64,000 nt of DNA. It comes from Centroscyllium fabricii (lineage: Eukaryota). The notes beneath the pieces are model-generated. The model had not been told where the DNA came from. It saw only the letters and a list, made by a program, of their open reading frames with translations, and made no database searches. The stretch spans positions 304,854,001 to 304,918,000 of the forward strand of contig JBNRSN020000005.1 in the NCBI GenBank assembly GCA_051313645.2, read 5' to 3'. Below are positions 11,455 through 23,431 of the stretch, piece after piece. The stretch's first letter is position 1, and each line of letters opens with the position of its first letter. Position numbers and translations under genes: made by a program.

Positions 11455-13536
11455 TCTTGTGCAGTAATGTTTGGATCAGGGAATTACTCACTGAAGAACT
11501 GGATGAGTTTCTGAATCAGGATAAAATGAAACACACAGACTTGGCTCTGTCTAGAGTGTGTGACTGACGGGAGCCAGGTTACCCGAGGAGCAGAAATAGC
11601 AAGACCAAAACAACTTTCAACTGATTGGCAGCAACATTTATCTGATGATCTGAATTAAAACCAAGGATGTTCTGAATAGCCTTCTCTTGATCTTTTTGGA
11701 TATAAAGATAGTTCTGAAGACCAGTGAATTATTCTGCAGTTCCAAAAAACCAGGCAGGTTAAATGTAAGAAAGCGTTGAAATCGCAATCTGTGACTCAGT
11801 TAATTACCAGTACAATATAGCCATTTTGGTTACACGCAGAGCTAGATTTAAATGACTTTAACCTGCTAAGTAACTTTCCAGTGGGTAATGGAAGAGATAT
11901 TTCTCCTTCTGTAGCAACATGCAAACTTTAGTCTGCATGAAAGGGAAGGGAAGTATAACAAACCAATTGTTGACTGCAGCATAGAGCCTTTAACAGTCCG
12001 ACAAATTACAGAGGTGACCTGAAGCACCTTAATATCTCAGCACGTTTAGCTATTAGAGGTCTGGCAGTGTAATGCATGTTTGAGAAGGCGATATTTCGAA
12101 CAGATTTACCATCGTTGCCCAAGTACACAAATGGGAAATTCTTTCAGTCTAAAAATTAAAGCACATCCTTCCTGAATCGGGTTGAATTGCATTTAAGCAG
12201 ATCGGGTTTTAACAACTGGATGTTGAAACTGACAGCCTAAGAACTAGACCATAAACAAAAAATGTCATTACTTTAGGAAACTGGCTCACTGGACAATTCT
12301 CCCATTGTATTGGTGGATTTTATAGGCAGCAGACAGATTTGTGGTTGAGGTTGGACGTTTTCCGGGGGGGTGGGGGGGGCGGGGGTAGGCTCGGCTCATG
12401 TGGGGGTGGCTGTCAACTTTTACAGGCTGATGCAGATTGTTCACGCTGTTAATGTGACTACATTGTTCCTCCTATCCTCTGTTAAAATGGGTGGGAAAAG
12501 AACACCTGCACTTTTTCCCCCCAAACAAAAGCTGCAGTGAACAACTGTTCAACTTGAACTAAATGAGCAGTTGAACCAAGGTTTTAAAACTATGGAGTCA
12601 TAGACTTGTGGGGTCATGTAGGACACAAAGTTAAAAACAGCCCACTCTGAGCTGCACTGGAAAGGGAATAATGTCGTCTTTTCTCCTTCCCTCAGTGTTC
12701 TCTCTGAATGATAACAAGTAGCCTTTTTCATTCATAGAATGTTCATTTGTAACTGAGCCTGAAGAATAAAAATTATAAATGATTATTCAACAGGACAGTA
12801 CCCCTCTGTTAACCCTTCTAGGCTCTATTTCAAATCAATATGCACAATGTAATGCCCTCATTCTTGTTGGAAATGGGTATATTCATCTCTTATTAAATCT
12901 ATAATTTTTTTTTTAAAGTCGAGTTGAATCAAGGTTTAGACAGTCGAGCACTTTCTTCTCAGTCAGTTAGGCTCTTGGATGAAAATTACTGAATAAGTGC
13001 GAGGTTTGTATTTTTGGGAGATGGAGGAAGACGACGACTAAAGCCGTCGTCTTCACCATAAGTGCTGCCTCCTATCTACCAATTGCAGAACAACATTGAT
13101 TTTTAATAAGAGTTGTTTGTGTCTCAACCTCACCACTGAAAGGGAATGCGTGTGGCAAATCACATATGTGAGGAATCGCCAAATATCCTAAGATAGTTTA
13201 GACTTGGCGTTCCTGTAGTTTGGTTAATGGGATTGACATTTATGCCTGGCTCACATCATTGTAGAAACCGGTTTCTTTATCCTGACAACAGAACCGTAGA
13301 CCCATGGGAATTTAGGTCTACAGTCCTACTGTGGAGCAAGGGAGCTAGATTTACTGTGCTTGGGGAGGTGGTGCATATACACCAGTCTTCTACCATTCAA
13401 ACAACAGATGCACCAAAAGTAAAAGTACCTTTTAAATGAGTGTCTTGAGTTCCTTACCCTTTTTTAAAGGAAATTAGTAACATTCCAGTTCTGATTAAAA
13501 TATTAGAGTTAAACTTTTTCTGTATGATTCCCGATG

Positions 13537-13883
13537 CAGGTTGAGCACCGGTAATCCAGCCCCCTCGGTACTAGGCCGGTGCCGGACCATTGAAAATTCC
13601 GATCCACTGAAGGTTCGGGGGGAGCGCGCGGGTAGAACACTCCCCGGGGACCGGAGCGCGTGGGTACAACACTCCCCGGGAGGGAGCCCGGGAATAGAAC
13701 ACTTAAAGACCTAAAATAGCAGCAACCCGAACGCCCGACGCCTTCGGCGCTCGCCCACCCTTCGCGGGAAACGGTGGCGCTGCCGAGCGGCTGCTCCGCA
13801 AAATGAAGAGTGCCGGTTTCCAATCGTGCCGAACCACTGAAGCTGCCGGACCATCGGGTGCTGGATTACCGGTGCTCAACCTG
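13537..13883. mobile_element. MITE (CAGGTTGAG family, GAGTGTTCTA-repeat subfamily)
   Basis: Perfect TIR CAGGTTGAGCACCGGTAATCCAGC / GCTGGATTACCGGTGCTCAACCTG|TA. Confidence 0.9.
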
Positions 13884-13998
13884 TACAATGTTAGCCCTTT
13901 GAAAATGCCACCATTTTAGCTGCAAAAAAAATTCCTTTTATTCATAGTACTGGATAAAGTGTGGTTTGACTTTGTCCAGCTCATTCTAATTTTACCAG

Positions 13999-14210
13999 TG
14001 CAAGAAGTCACACAACACCAGGTTATAGTCCAACAGTTTTATTTTAAATCACAAGCTTTCGGAACGTCTGCCCCTTCGTCAGGTGAAAGAGAAGGGGCAG
14101 ACGTTCCGAAAGCTTGTGATTTAAAATAAAACTGTTGGACTATAACCTGGTGTTGTGTGACTTCTTGCATTTGTCCACCCCAGTCCAACACCGGGTGCAC
14201 CTCCCCATCA
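13999..14210. mobile_element. Penelope family A fold-back mini-insertion
   Basis: Perfect 79-bp inverted arms at 13999-14077 and 14091-14169, a 3' tail to 14210, and TSD TAATTTTACCAG at 13987-13998 and 14211-14222. Confidence 0.9.
14049..14086 (-). ncRNA. Minimal hammerhead ribozyme motif (Penelope-type)
   Basis: Minus strand reads UCAC-CUGACGA-A-GGGGC(AGAC)GUUCC-GAAA-GC-UU-GUGA: stem I, core boxes, stem II and a palindromic AAGCUU in place of stem III. Confidence 0.7.
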
Positions 14211-16025
14211 TAATTTTACCAGCAATGCCGATGGAAATTTGAATGCTGAAAATAACGTAGGAAATACACGTGTAGTATGCACAGACGCAGAGTTTAAAAG
14301 GCAAGAGTAATGTATAAGCGTTGAGGGCAATCGAGAGTATGTTACTGGATGGTTAATTACTTTTTGCCCATCATACTGTCACTTTTATGTTGATGCAAGC
14401 AATTTTGGATGTGAACTTGGGCCTTGAAATTACGCTGATTGATTAAAGATAGGAGCCCTTTAAATCCATTTATCTTGCGTGGGTTCACACTTTCACTGAA
14501 ACAGCAGAATTTCAGTGGAATGCAATACACATTCGTTTGCTACCATCCTGTAATTCCAAAGCCCTTTTTTTTTTAAATGTTGGGTGAAACTAGAATAGAG
14601 TGATGCTGAGAATCTGTGGTGTGGAGGTGCCGGTGTTGGACTGGGGTGGACAAATGCAAGAAGTCACACAACACCAGATTATAGTCCAACAGTTTTATTT
14701 TAAATCACTAGCTTTCAGAGCTTTTGCCCTTTCGTCAGGCGAAAGAGAGACTGACTTAAAGAACACACATATGGGACGATGGGAGAAATCCGATATCTCC
14801 CACATCTCACCTTAGCAGAGATAGACACACAAAGGCGTATTAACATATTTTAAGAGTTTCATTTAAACATAGCAAATATAGAGAGAGATAACAATGTGGT
14901 CTGTCCAGCTGTTTCACATCACACCTCAGCTGAGGGACATCAAAGCAATCAAAGGTGTTCCAACATATCAGCCAGCCTGAGATCAAAGGGTGCAGGCACA
15001 AAGGGTCAAACGCTACAGTCTGCTGTCCTTGAAAATCCCACAGAATGATTTTTTTAAAACAAGGATTTTTCTTACTTAAAATCGCAGAACAAGCCAAAGA
15101 TGGTTCGAGTCTGGATGACTCTACGTCAGGCGGGGTCACATGTAGCGCGACATAAATCCAATAACCCGGTTGAGGCCGTGCTCATGGGTGCGGAACTTGG
15201 CTATCAGCCTCTGCTCGACGATTTTGCGTTGTCGTGTGTCTCGAAGGCCACCCTGGAGAATGCTCACCCGAAGATCGGAAGCTGAATGTCCTTGACTGCT
15301 GAAATGTTCCCCGACTGGGAGGGAACACTCCTGCCTGGCGATTGTTGCGCGGTGCCCGTTTATCCGTTGTCGTAGTGTCTGCATGGTCTCGCCGATGTAC
15401 CATGCCCCGGGGCATCTTTTCCTGCAATGTATGAGGTAGACAACATTGGTCGAGTTACATGAGCATGTACCTGGTGTGTTGTGTCCTCACGTGTGATGAT
15501 GGTATCTGTGCTGATGATTTGGCACGTTTTGCAGAGGTTGCTGTGGCAGGGTTGTGTGGTGTTGTGGTTGCTGTTCTCCTGAAGGCTGGGTAATTTGCTG
15601 CGAACGATAGTCTGTTTGAGGTTAGGTGGCTGTTTGAAGGCGAGTAGTGGAGGCGTGGGGATGGCCTTAGCGAAGTGTTCGTCATCAGCAATGACATGTT
15701 GAAGGCTGCGAAGAACATGGCGTAGTTTCTCCACTCCGGGGACGTACTGGACGACAAAGGGTACTCTGTTGGTTGTGTCCCGTGGTTGTCTTCTGAGGAG
15801 GTCTATGCGATTTTTCGTTGTGGCCCGTCGGAACTGTCGATCGATGAGTCGAGTGTCATATCCCGTTCTTACGAGGGCGTCTTTCAGTGTCTGTAGGTGT
15901 CCGTCGCGTTCCTCCTCATCTGAGCAGATCCTGTGTATTCGCAGGGCTTGTCCATAGGGGATGGCTTCTTTAACGTGGTTCGGGTGGAAGCTGGAGTAGT
16001 GGAGCATCCTGAGGTTGTCCGTGGG

Positions 16026-18700
16026 AAACTCGGCATCACCACCAGCAGCAACCAAGCCTCCACCGGTACCACGGTCGAAACCACAGGGAAATCCATCGTC
16101 AACTTGTCTGACCACACCCTTCAACCAGATGAAATCGAAGTTCTCAGCTGAGGGCTCAATTTCTGCCCCACCACCAAAATGGACCCCATCGGTCTTGCGG
16201 CGGACACAGACGAATTCATCAGGAGAATAAGGCTCCGGGAATACTTCCACAGATCCCAAGATGTCAGCGAACCCAATGAGACAATCAATGATCCGGAACA
16301 GCTGATAGAGGAATCCGCAGTGCAGCAACCAAAGAAGAAAGAATCAAATTAGACCCCTCCGGAGGGCCGCTGCCCTAAGCTGGACATGTATGGTCAAGCT
16401 GTCAGGAGATGCATCCATGCCAAATTCATCAGCCGCACTCAAGACAGTCCAGAATGTCACCCGAGCACAACGTGACACCATCCGTGCTCTCAAGACCAAC
16501 CACAACATCGTCATCAAATCGGCAGACAAAGGAGGAGCCATCGTCATAGAAACATAGAAGATAGGAGCAGGAGTAGGCCATTCGGCCCTTCGAGCCTGCT
16601 CCGCCATTCAACGAGATCATGGCTGATCATCCAAACCCAGTACCCCGCCCCTGCCCTCGCCCCATATCCCTCGATCCCTATCGAGCCTGAACTGACACAT
16701 ATCCCACCCTATCCCCATAACCCCACATATTCAATCCCCCTAACACTAAGGGTCAATTTATCCTGGCCAATCAACCTAACCCGCACATCTTTGGACTGTG
16801 GGAGGAAACCGGAGCACCCGGAGGAAACCCACGCAGACACGGGGAGAATGTGCAAACTCCACACAGATAGTACCCGAGGCTGGATTTGAACCCGGGTCTC
16901 CAGTGCTGTGAGACAACAGTGCTAACCGCTGTGCCACAGAACAGAACAGACTATTGCAAAGAAGCATACCGACAACTGGACAACCAAGAACACTACAGAC
17001 AGCTACCCGCAGATCCGACCAAGGAACACACCCGCCAACTCAACAGACTGATCAAGACCTTCAATCCAGACTTTCAGGGCACCCTACGCGCCCTCATCCC
17101 ACGGAATCCCCGCATGGGAGATTTCTACTGCCTCCCAAAGATACACAAAGCCAACACACCTGGACGCCCTATTCTATCAGGCAGTGGAACCCTATGTGAG
17201 AACCTCTCTGGATACATCGAGGGCATCCTGAAACCCATCGTACAGAGAACCCCCAGCTTTTGTCGCGACACTGCAGACTTCTTAGAAAAACTCGGCACCC
17301 ACGGACCAGTTGAACCAGGAACACTCCTTGCCACGATGGACGTCTCGGCACTCTACACCAGTATCCCCCACGATGACGGCATCGCTGCGACAGCTTCAGT
17401 ACTCAACACCAACAACAGCCAATCTCCAGACGTCATCCTACAACTCATCCGCTTCATCCTTGACCACAATGTTTTCACCTTCGACAACAATTTTTTTACC
17501 CAAACACACAGAACAGCCATGGGGACCAAATTCGCACCCCAATACGCCAACATCTTCATGCACAAGTTCAAGCAAGACTTCTTCGCTACACAGTACCTCC
17601 AACCAACGCTATACACCAGATACATCAACAACATTTTCCTCCTGTGGACCCACGGTGAAGAATCACTGAAAAGACTACACGATAACATAAACAAGTTCCA
17701 TCCCACCATCAAACTCACCATGGACTACTCCTCAGAATCGGTTTCATTCTTGGACACACGAATCTCCATCAAAAACGGATGCCTCAGCACTTCACTCTAC
17801 CGCAAACCCACGGACAACCTCAGGATGCTCCACTACTCCAGCTTCCACCCGAACCACGTTAAAGAAGCCATCCCCTATGGACAAGCCCTGCGAATACACA
17901 GGATCTGCTCAGATGAGGAGGAACGCGACGGACACCTACAGACACTGAAAGACGCCCTCGTAAGAACGGGATATGACACTCGACTCATCGATCGACAGTT
18001 CCGACGGGCCACAACGAAAAATCGCATAGACCTCCTCAGAAGACAACCACGGGACACAACCAACAGAGTACCCTTTGTCGTCCAGTACTTCCCCGGAGCG
18101 GAGAAACTACACCATGTTTTTCGCAGCCTTCAACATGTCATTGATGATGCCGAACACTTCGCTAAGGCCATCCCCACGCCTCCACCACTCGCCTTCAAAC
18201 AGCCGCCTAACCTCAAACAGACTATCGTTCGCAGCAAATTACCCAGCCTTCAGGAGAACAGCAACCACGACACCACACAACCCTGCCACAGCAACCTCTG
18301 CAAAACGTGCCAAATCATCACAGATACCATCATCACACGTGAGGACACAACACACCAGGTACATGGTACATACTCATGTAACTCGACCAATGTTGTCTAC
18401 CTCATACGTTGCAGGAAAAGATGCCCCGGGGCATGGTACATCGGCGAGACCATGCAGACTCTACGACAACGGATGAACGGGCACCGCGCAACAATCGCCA
18501 GGCAGGAGTGTTCCCTCCCAGTCGGGGAACATTTCAGCAGTCAAGGACATTCAGCTTCTGATCTTCGGGTGAGCATTCTCCAGGGTGGCCTTCGAGACAC
18601 ACGACAACGCAAAATCGTCGAGCAGAGGCTGATAGCCAAGTTCCGCACCCATGAGCATGGCCTCAACCGGGATATTGGATTTATGTCGCGCTACATGTGA
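16026..18700 (+). pseudogene. Penelope RT + GIY-YIG endonuclease ORF (disrupted)
   Basis: SIVNLS.., ADKGGAIV, FYCLPKIHK..PGRPI, LATMDVSALYTSIPH, TAMGTKFAPQYANIFM, RYINNIF (YIDD lost), FLDTRI, Cys linker CHSNLCKTC, VVYLIRC..C..AWYIGET..LRQRMNGH and HGLN. Interrupted by a SINE at 16545-16937 and a probable frameshift near 16440. Confidence 0.93.
16545..16937 (-). mobile_element. HE1 V-SINE inserted in the Penelope ORF
   Basis: Near full-length HE1; removing it restores the peptide GAIVIQNRTDYC. Confidence 0.92.
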
Positions 18701-19407
18701 CCCCACCTGACGTAGAGTCATCCAGACTCGAACCATCTTTGGCTTGTTCTGCGATTTTAAGTAAGAAAAATCCTTGTTTTAAAAAAATCATTGTGAGATT
18801 TTCAAGGACAGCAGACTGTAGCGTTTGACCCTTTGTGACTGCACCCTTTGATCTCAGGCTGGCTGATATGTTGGAACACCTTTGATTGCTTTGATGTCCC
18901 TCAGCTGAGGTGTGATGTGAAACAACTGGAGAGACCACATTGTTATCTCTCTCTATATATGCTATGTTTAAATGAAACTCTTAAAATATGTTAATAAGCC
19001 TTTGTGTGTCTATCTCTGCTAAGGTGAGATGTGGGAGATATCGGATTTCTCCCATCGTCCCATATGTGTGTTTTTTAAGTCAGTCTCTCTTTCACCTGAC
19101 GAAGGGGCAAAAGCTTCGAATGCTTGTGATTTAAAATAAAACTGTTGGACTATAATCTGGTGTTGTGTGACTTCTTGCGAGAATCTGTGCGAAATGGAGG
19201 AGTGGGACAGGGAATCCGTGTCCAATGGCCTTGCAATCCATTTGGCTATGGGGGCTTGGGTGAAGCTTGTGCAGCTTTTGACTAGTAACCGCTTAACTGA
19301 AGCAGGTGGCTTACCATTGGAAAAGTACCTTCATTATTATGTGGTAGTTATCTGCTGCTTTTATTTGTTCTGCAGGACAAGATGCCATCAAACATTAAAC
19401 TTTAGTT

Positions 19408-19845
19408 GAGGAACAGCACCGTATTTTTCTACAACCCTCTGGACTAAACATAGAGTTCAACAATTTTAGATCATAACCTCGGCCCCTACCACACTTTTTT
19501 TGAAATGCATATTTTCTCTTTTTTTCAATCCACACTTTTCGTCTGGGCTTTTTTCTTTTTTCTTTACTCTGCCAGAGCTGTTCACACCAATCCAGAGCCA
19601 TCCTGTGTTCCTTGAATTTCTCCTAATATCTCTTATCTCCCCCGCCTTCGAGCCTGTCGCTGATCTTCCCTTTGTTCTTTCAGCCCCTGCAACCCCCCTT
19701 TCCCCAGCCCCTACTAGCTTTAAAATCTATCTCCCCTCCCGGTTTCTCCAGTTCTGAAGAAAGGTCATCGACCTGAAACGTTAACTGTTTCTCTCTCCAC
19801 CGAGGCTGCCTGGCCTGCTGAGTTTCTCCAGCGTTTTCTGTTGTT
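19408..19845 (+). mobile_element. Penelope family B 3' fragment
   Basis: Starts with a GIY-YIG C-terminus remnant (EEQH..QPSGLNIEFNNFRS*), followed by a pyrimidine-rich UTR, an HHR motif and a GCCTGGCCTGCTGAGTTTCTCCAGC end. 14-bp TSD ATTAAACTTTAGTT at 19394-19407 and 19846-19859. Confidence 0.88.
19749..19787 (+). ncRNA. Minimal hammerhead ribozyme motif (Penelope family B)
   Basis: CAGUU-CUGAAGA-A-AGGUC(AUC)GACCU-GAAA-CG-UU-AACUG: 5-bp stem I, intact core, 5-bp stem II and palindromic AACGUU. Confidence 0.75.
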
Positions 19846-19895
19846 ATTAAACTTTAGTTCATCAATTTGCCACTAGATTATTTCACATGCTGGTA

Positions 19896-20427
19896 CAGGC
19901 TGAGCTTCGTTAATCTGGCGTGGTCGGGACCAGGACCGTGCCGAATTTTTGAAAAATCCGGATGATTGAAGTTCGCCGAGGGCCGCCACGAAATTTTGAA
20001 TGGTCTGCGCATGCGCTTGCTGAGAGGCCCGGGCATGCACTGCGAAGCGCAGCGGTCATATTGCGCATGCGCAGACCAATCGGGGAGGCCCGGGCATGCG
20101 CAGCCACGCACGGTGGCCATTTTGCCCATGCGCAGAATAGCCGGCGTGCGTGGCTGCGCATGCCCGGGCCTCCCTGATTGGTCTGCGCATGCGCAGCCAC
20201 GTGCGGCGGCTATGTTGCGCACGTGCAGACCAACCGGGGAGGCCTGGGCATGCACAGCCATGCGCAGCGGCCATTTTGCGCACGCACAGGGCAGTCGGAC
20301 AGAGGCCTGGGCATGCGCAGCCACGCACGGCGGCCATTTTGCGTATGCGCGCACCAATCGGCCAGATTTGTGTCGGACGTTTGAAGTTGCTGGACAAATG
20401 GTGTCCGGATTAACGGTGCTCAACCTG
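19896..20427. mobile_element. MITE (CAGGTTGAG family), same subfamily as 9833-10385
   Basis: TA|CAGGCTGAGC...GATTAACGGTGCTCAACCTG|TA; GCGCATGCGC arrays. Confidence 0.9.
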
Positions 20428-22612
20428 TACCAATATGCTGTAGCAGAAATCACACTTGAAACGCTTGTGTGATGTCGTTCCTAACTGCTCTGCTTATTGC
20501 CGCTACTAAACAGATTTGTAATCTCCAATACTTTGCGCTACTGTTGATGATTATAGGCCATTTTTGCAGCACCATTTTTTTGAATGATCAGGTTAGTCAA
20601 ATTAAGGAGTAGATTGTAAATTAAATTGCTATCTCCAGCCGATGCACATTTGGGTGGAAAGAGCTGTAATCACACTGCCAGGTGTTTTTCGTACTGCAAG
20701 TAAACATAGTGTGAAAATTCCACATGCCTGAATTGGCTTTTTTGTCTTGGTTGTTTCAATTTATAAACAAATGGTTTACTGAATGATCCTGTGCATCGAC
20801 CATGGATGAACACGTCCCAACAGGGGTTAGCGGATAGTGGTCAAGTGAGGACTGGGATTTTTGGGGGGGCGCAGGGAGGGGGGTGGGGAAACTCCTTCCC
20901 AAGCTGTGGGGACTGAGGTTAATTGTAGCACCTTGCTGCTACCCTTTCTGAGTTCAGCAAGGAATTGAACCTGGGTACTTCCTCGACTGTTGCTCAGGAC
21001 CAACAACGACGATTTTTATTTCCAGCACCTCTCATGTTTCAGAGGCCTTTACAAGGGAACGCGAGAAAGGGAAAGATTGGTGTGGGGGATGGGGCCGGTA
21101 ATTGAAGGCATGGCATGATACCACATGGTGCATTTACCTACTGGGAGAAGCCCACGTGAAACTCTTCCAGGTGAGGAGTACAGTGCTAATAAAGATACTT
21201 ACTTTGAACCAATTGAAGTTTTACCATGAAAATGGGTTTAATGTTGAGAATCGGTGGCTATATGGAATTGGTTTATAGCAAGGTGAAGCAATCGTTTGTC
21301 AATTATTAACATTTTGTGTGATTCAGTGCTTCAGGCAGTTAATGAAGGCATACACCTTCTGGACCTTGGACTAACTATGCTGGTAAAAGGCATTGGCTTG
21401 TATAGGAAGTGAATTGATTTATTTTATAGACTTCCCTCTTGCAGTAACTTGGCTCTTGTGAGGGCTTTTTAGGCACTTTGTTGAAATCTTTCAGGTTAGA
21501 TTTTAGATTGTATTCCAATATACCATTGTTTTAATGCAAAAATAATTATTGCAACGTTTTGGCTTGTCATTCACACTATAACAAATAAACATATAACAAT
21601 ACAAATTATGATTTTGTTTAAAAATAATCACATTCTTAGTTAAATCTAGAAATTTTGACAATAGCAGGAGCCGAGAATCCCATGTTTCAGTTACTTGCCT
21701 GCAGTCCCATGTTAAAGTGAAATTTGATCTGCTATTTTGAAAGGCTATTCAGAGCTACTTTTATTATAGTCAACTTTCCATTTTATCATGCAGAGATGTT
21801 TGAATAGTCAAGAAACCTGCCAGTGAGGAAGTACAAATGCACATTCTTTTCCAATTGTTGGATCTAACCTAATTTCAAAATCATATAATCTGAGTACAAG
21901 TGCAGAATTCTAGAATTTCCTGTTTCCAAACCGTTTTCCTGTAGGTTATACTTACCCCATTCTTCTTGCAGATTTTACCCCAGGTTGTTTCAGGGCGGGT
22001 CTGAGCCCATTTATAATCAGTTTTCACTGATGGCATGTTTTGACAGAACGCCAGGTGTCTTTTTGTTTGCCTGGATATGGTTCAGCAGGTTTACCAATTA
22101 GTGTCAAGCCAAAGCCAGTGGGTAATTTGGAAGGTCATGTGGTGAAGGGGCACTTGGTAAGATGATCCGCAGCAGTCTGTGCCTTCACCCTGTACGAAAG
22201 TGGCCTGGGAAAGTTCGATGGTGAGTGATGAAGTAGGTTTGGTGTAGAGACTTAGGCAAGCCATTGAATGTTTCTCTACACAGCTGATTTTCATTTTCCA
22301 AACTTGACATTTTCCCTGCATTCTACTCTTTCCCCACCCAGCTCCCTCTGATTCTCTTAACTGGCAATGATTGTGTCCCATTATTCATGGGGTGGGGAAA
22401 CACATAATTAAACTTTTCTCCATCACCCATCAAAGAGAGTGTGCAAAATGTGTGTAAAGATTAAAAGTATGACATTTTCATACATTTCACTGTTCCGGAG
22501 AACCTCCAAAGCAGTTTGGGGTTAATTTCAGAATGTGCTGATGTAACTCTGGGTCTATCGGGCTGGGCTTATCTCTGCTGCATGACATATACACGCACAC
22601 TAGGCTAACCTG

Positions 22613-23431
22613 AAATAACAACAGAAAATGCTGGAGAAACTCAGCAGGCCAGGCAGCATCAGTGGAGAGAGAAACAGAGTTAACGTTAACGGCACGGTGG
22701 CACAGCGGTTAGCACTGTTGTCTCACAGCACTGGAGACCCGGGTTCAAATCCAGCCTTGGGTACTATCTGTGTGGAGTTTGCACATTCTCCCCGTGTCTG
22801 CGTGGGTTTCCTCCGGGTGCTCCGGTTTCCTCCCACAGTCCAAAGATGTGCGGGTTAGGTTGATTGGCCAGGATAAATTGACCCTTAGTGTTAGAGGGAT
22901 TGAATATGTGGGGTTACGGGGATAGGGTGGGATATATGTTGATGGAGGCTCGATAGGGATATGGGGAGAGGGCAGAGGCGGGGTACTGGGTTTGGATGAT
23001 CAGCCATGATCTTATTGAATGGCGGAGCAGGCTCGAAGGGCTGAATGGCCTACTCCTGCTCCTAGTTTCTATGTTTCTAGGTCGAAGACATTTCGTCAGA
23101 ACTGGAGAAACCAGGAGAGGGGATGGATTTTAAAGTTGGTAGGGGCTGGGGAAAGGGGGAGGGGCTGAAAGAACAAAGGGAAGGTCAGCGACAGGATAGA
23201 TGGCAGAGGAGATTAAGAGACATTGAGAGACATTAAGAGATATTCAAGAAACACAGGATGGCTCTGGGAGCTTTTTAAAGCCATCCCCTCTCCTGGTTTC
23301 TCCAGTTCTGAAGAAAGGCCATCAATCTGAAACGTTAACTCTGTTCCTCTCTCCACCGATGCTGCCTGGCCTGCTGAGTTTCTCCAGCGGTTTTCTGTTA
23401 TTTTGGATTTCCAGCATCCGCAGTATTTTGC
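22613..23431. mobile_element. Penelope family B inverted (fold-back) insertion containing an HE1 SINE
   Basis: Minus-strand terminus at 22613 to about 23267 and plus-strand terminus at about 23270-23431 with an extra ~30-nt tail. Degenerate TSD AGGCTAA(C/A)CTGAA near both ends. Confidence 0.8.
22691..23079 (+). mobile_element. HE1 V-SINE, full length
   Basis: A/B-box head GGCACGGTGGCACAGCGGTTAGC..GGTTCAAATCC, V-domain and TTTCTATG tail. Confidence 0.92.

Larger units (their letters stand above)
14619..19178 (+). mobile_element. Penelope-like element (Neptune-type) with an inverted partial copy
   Basis: The inverted 3' copy (14619-16025, minus) is joined to a 5'-truncated plus-strand element (16026-19178). 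The arms at about 14656-16025 and 17807-19178 are reverse complements. TSD GAGAATCTGTG at 14608-14618 and 19179-19189. Confidence 0.93.

Noticed and set aside
15360-16328. 322-aa minus-strand ORF with partial Penelope similarity
   Set aside because: Artefactual read-through across the inversion junction at 16025/16026: antisense sequence fused to the inverted arm.
16886-18700. 604-aa ORF as an intact or domesticated gene
   Set aside because: Its start lies in an antisense SINE, the upstream ORF is disrupted, and the RT catalytic DD is NN.
22141-22189. GGTGAAGG..CAC / GTGCCTTCACC stem as a pre-miRNA
   Set aside because: The stem is too short with a large loop, and there is no recognisable mature miRNA.
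22691-22760. tRNA gene-like sequence with A/B boxes
   Set aside because: It is the head of an HE1 SINE, continuous with the V-domain and tail.
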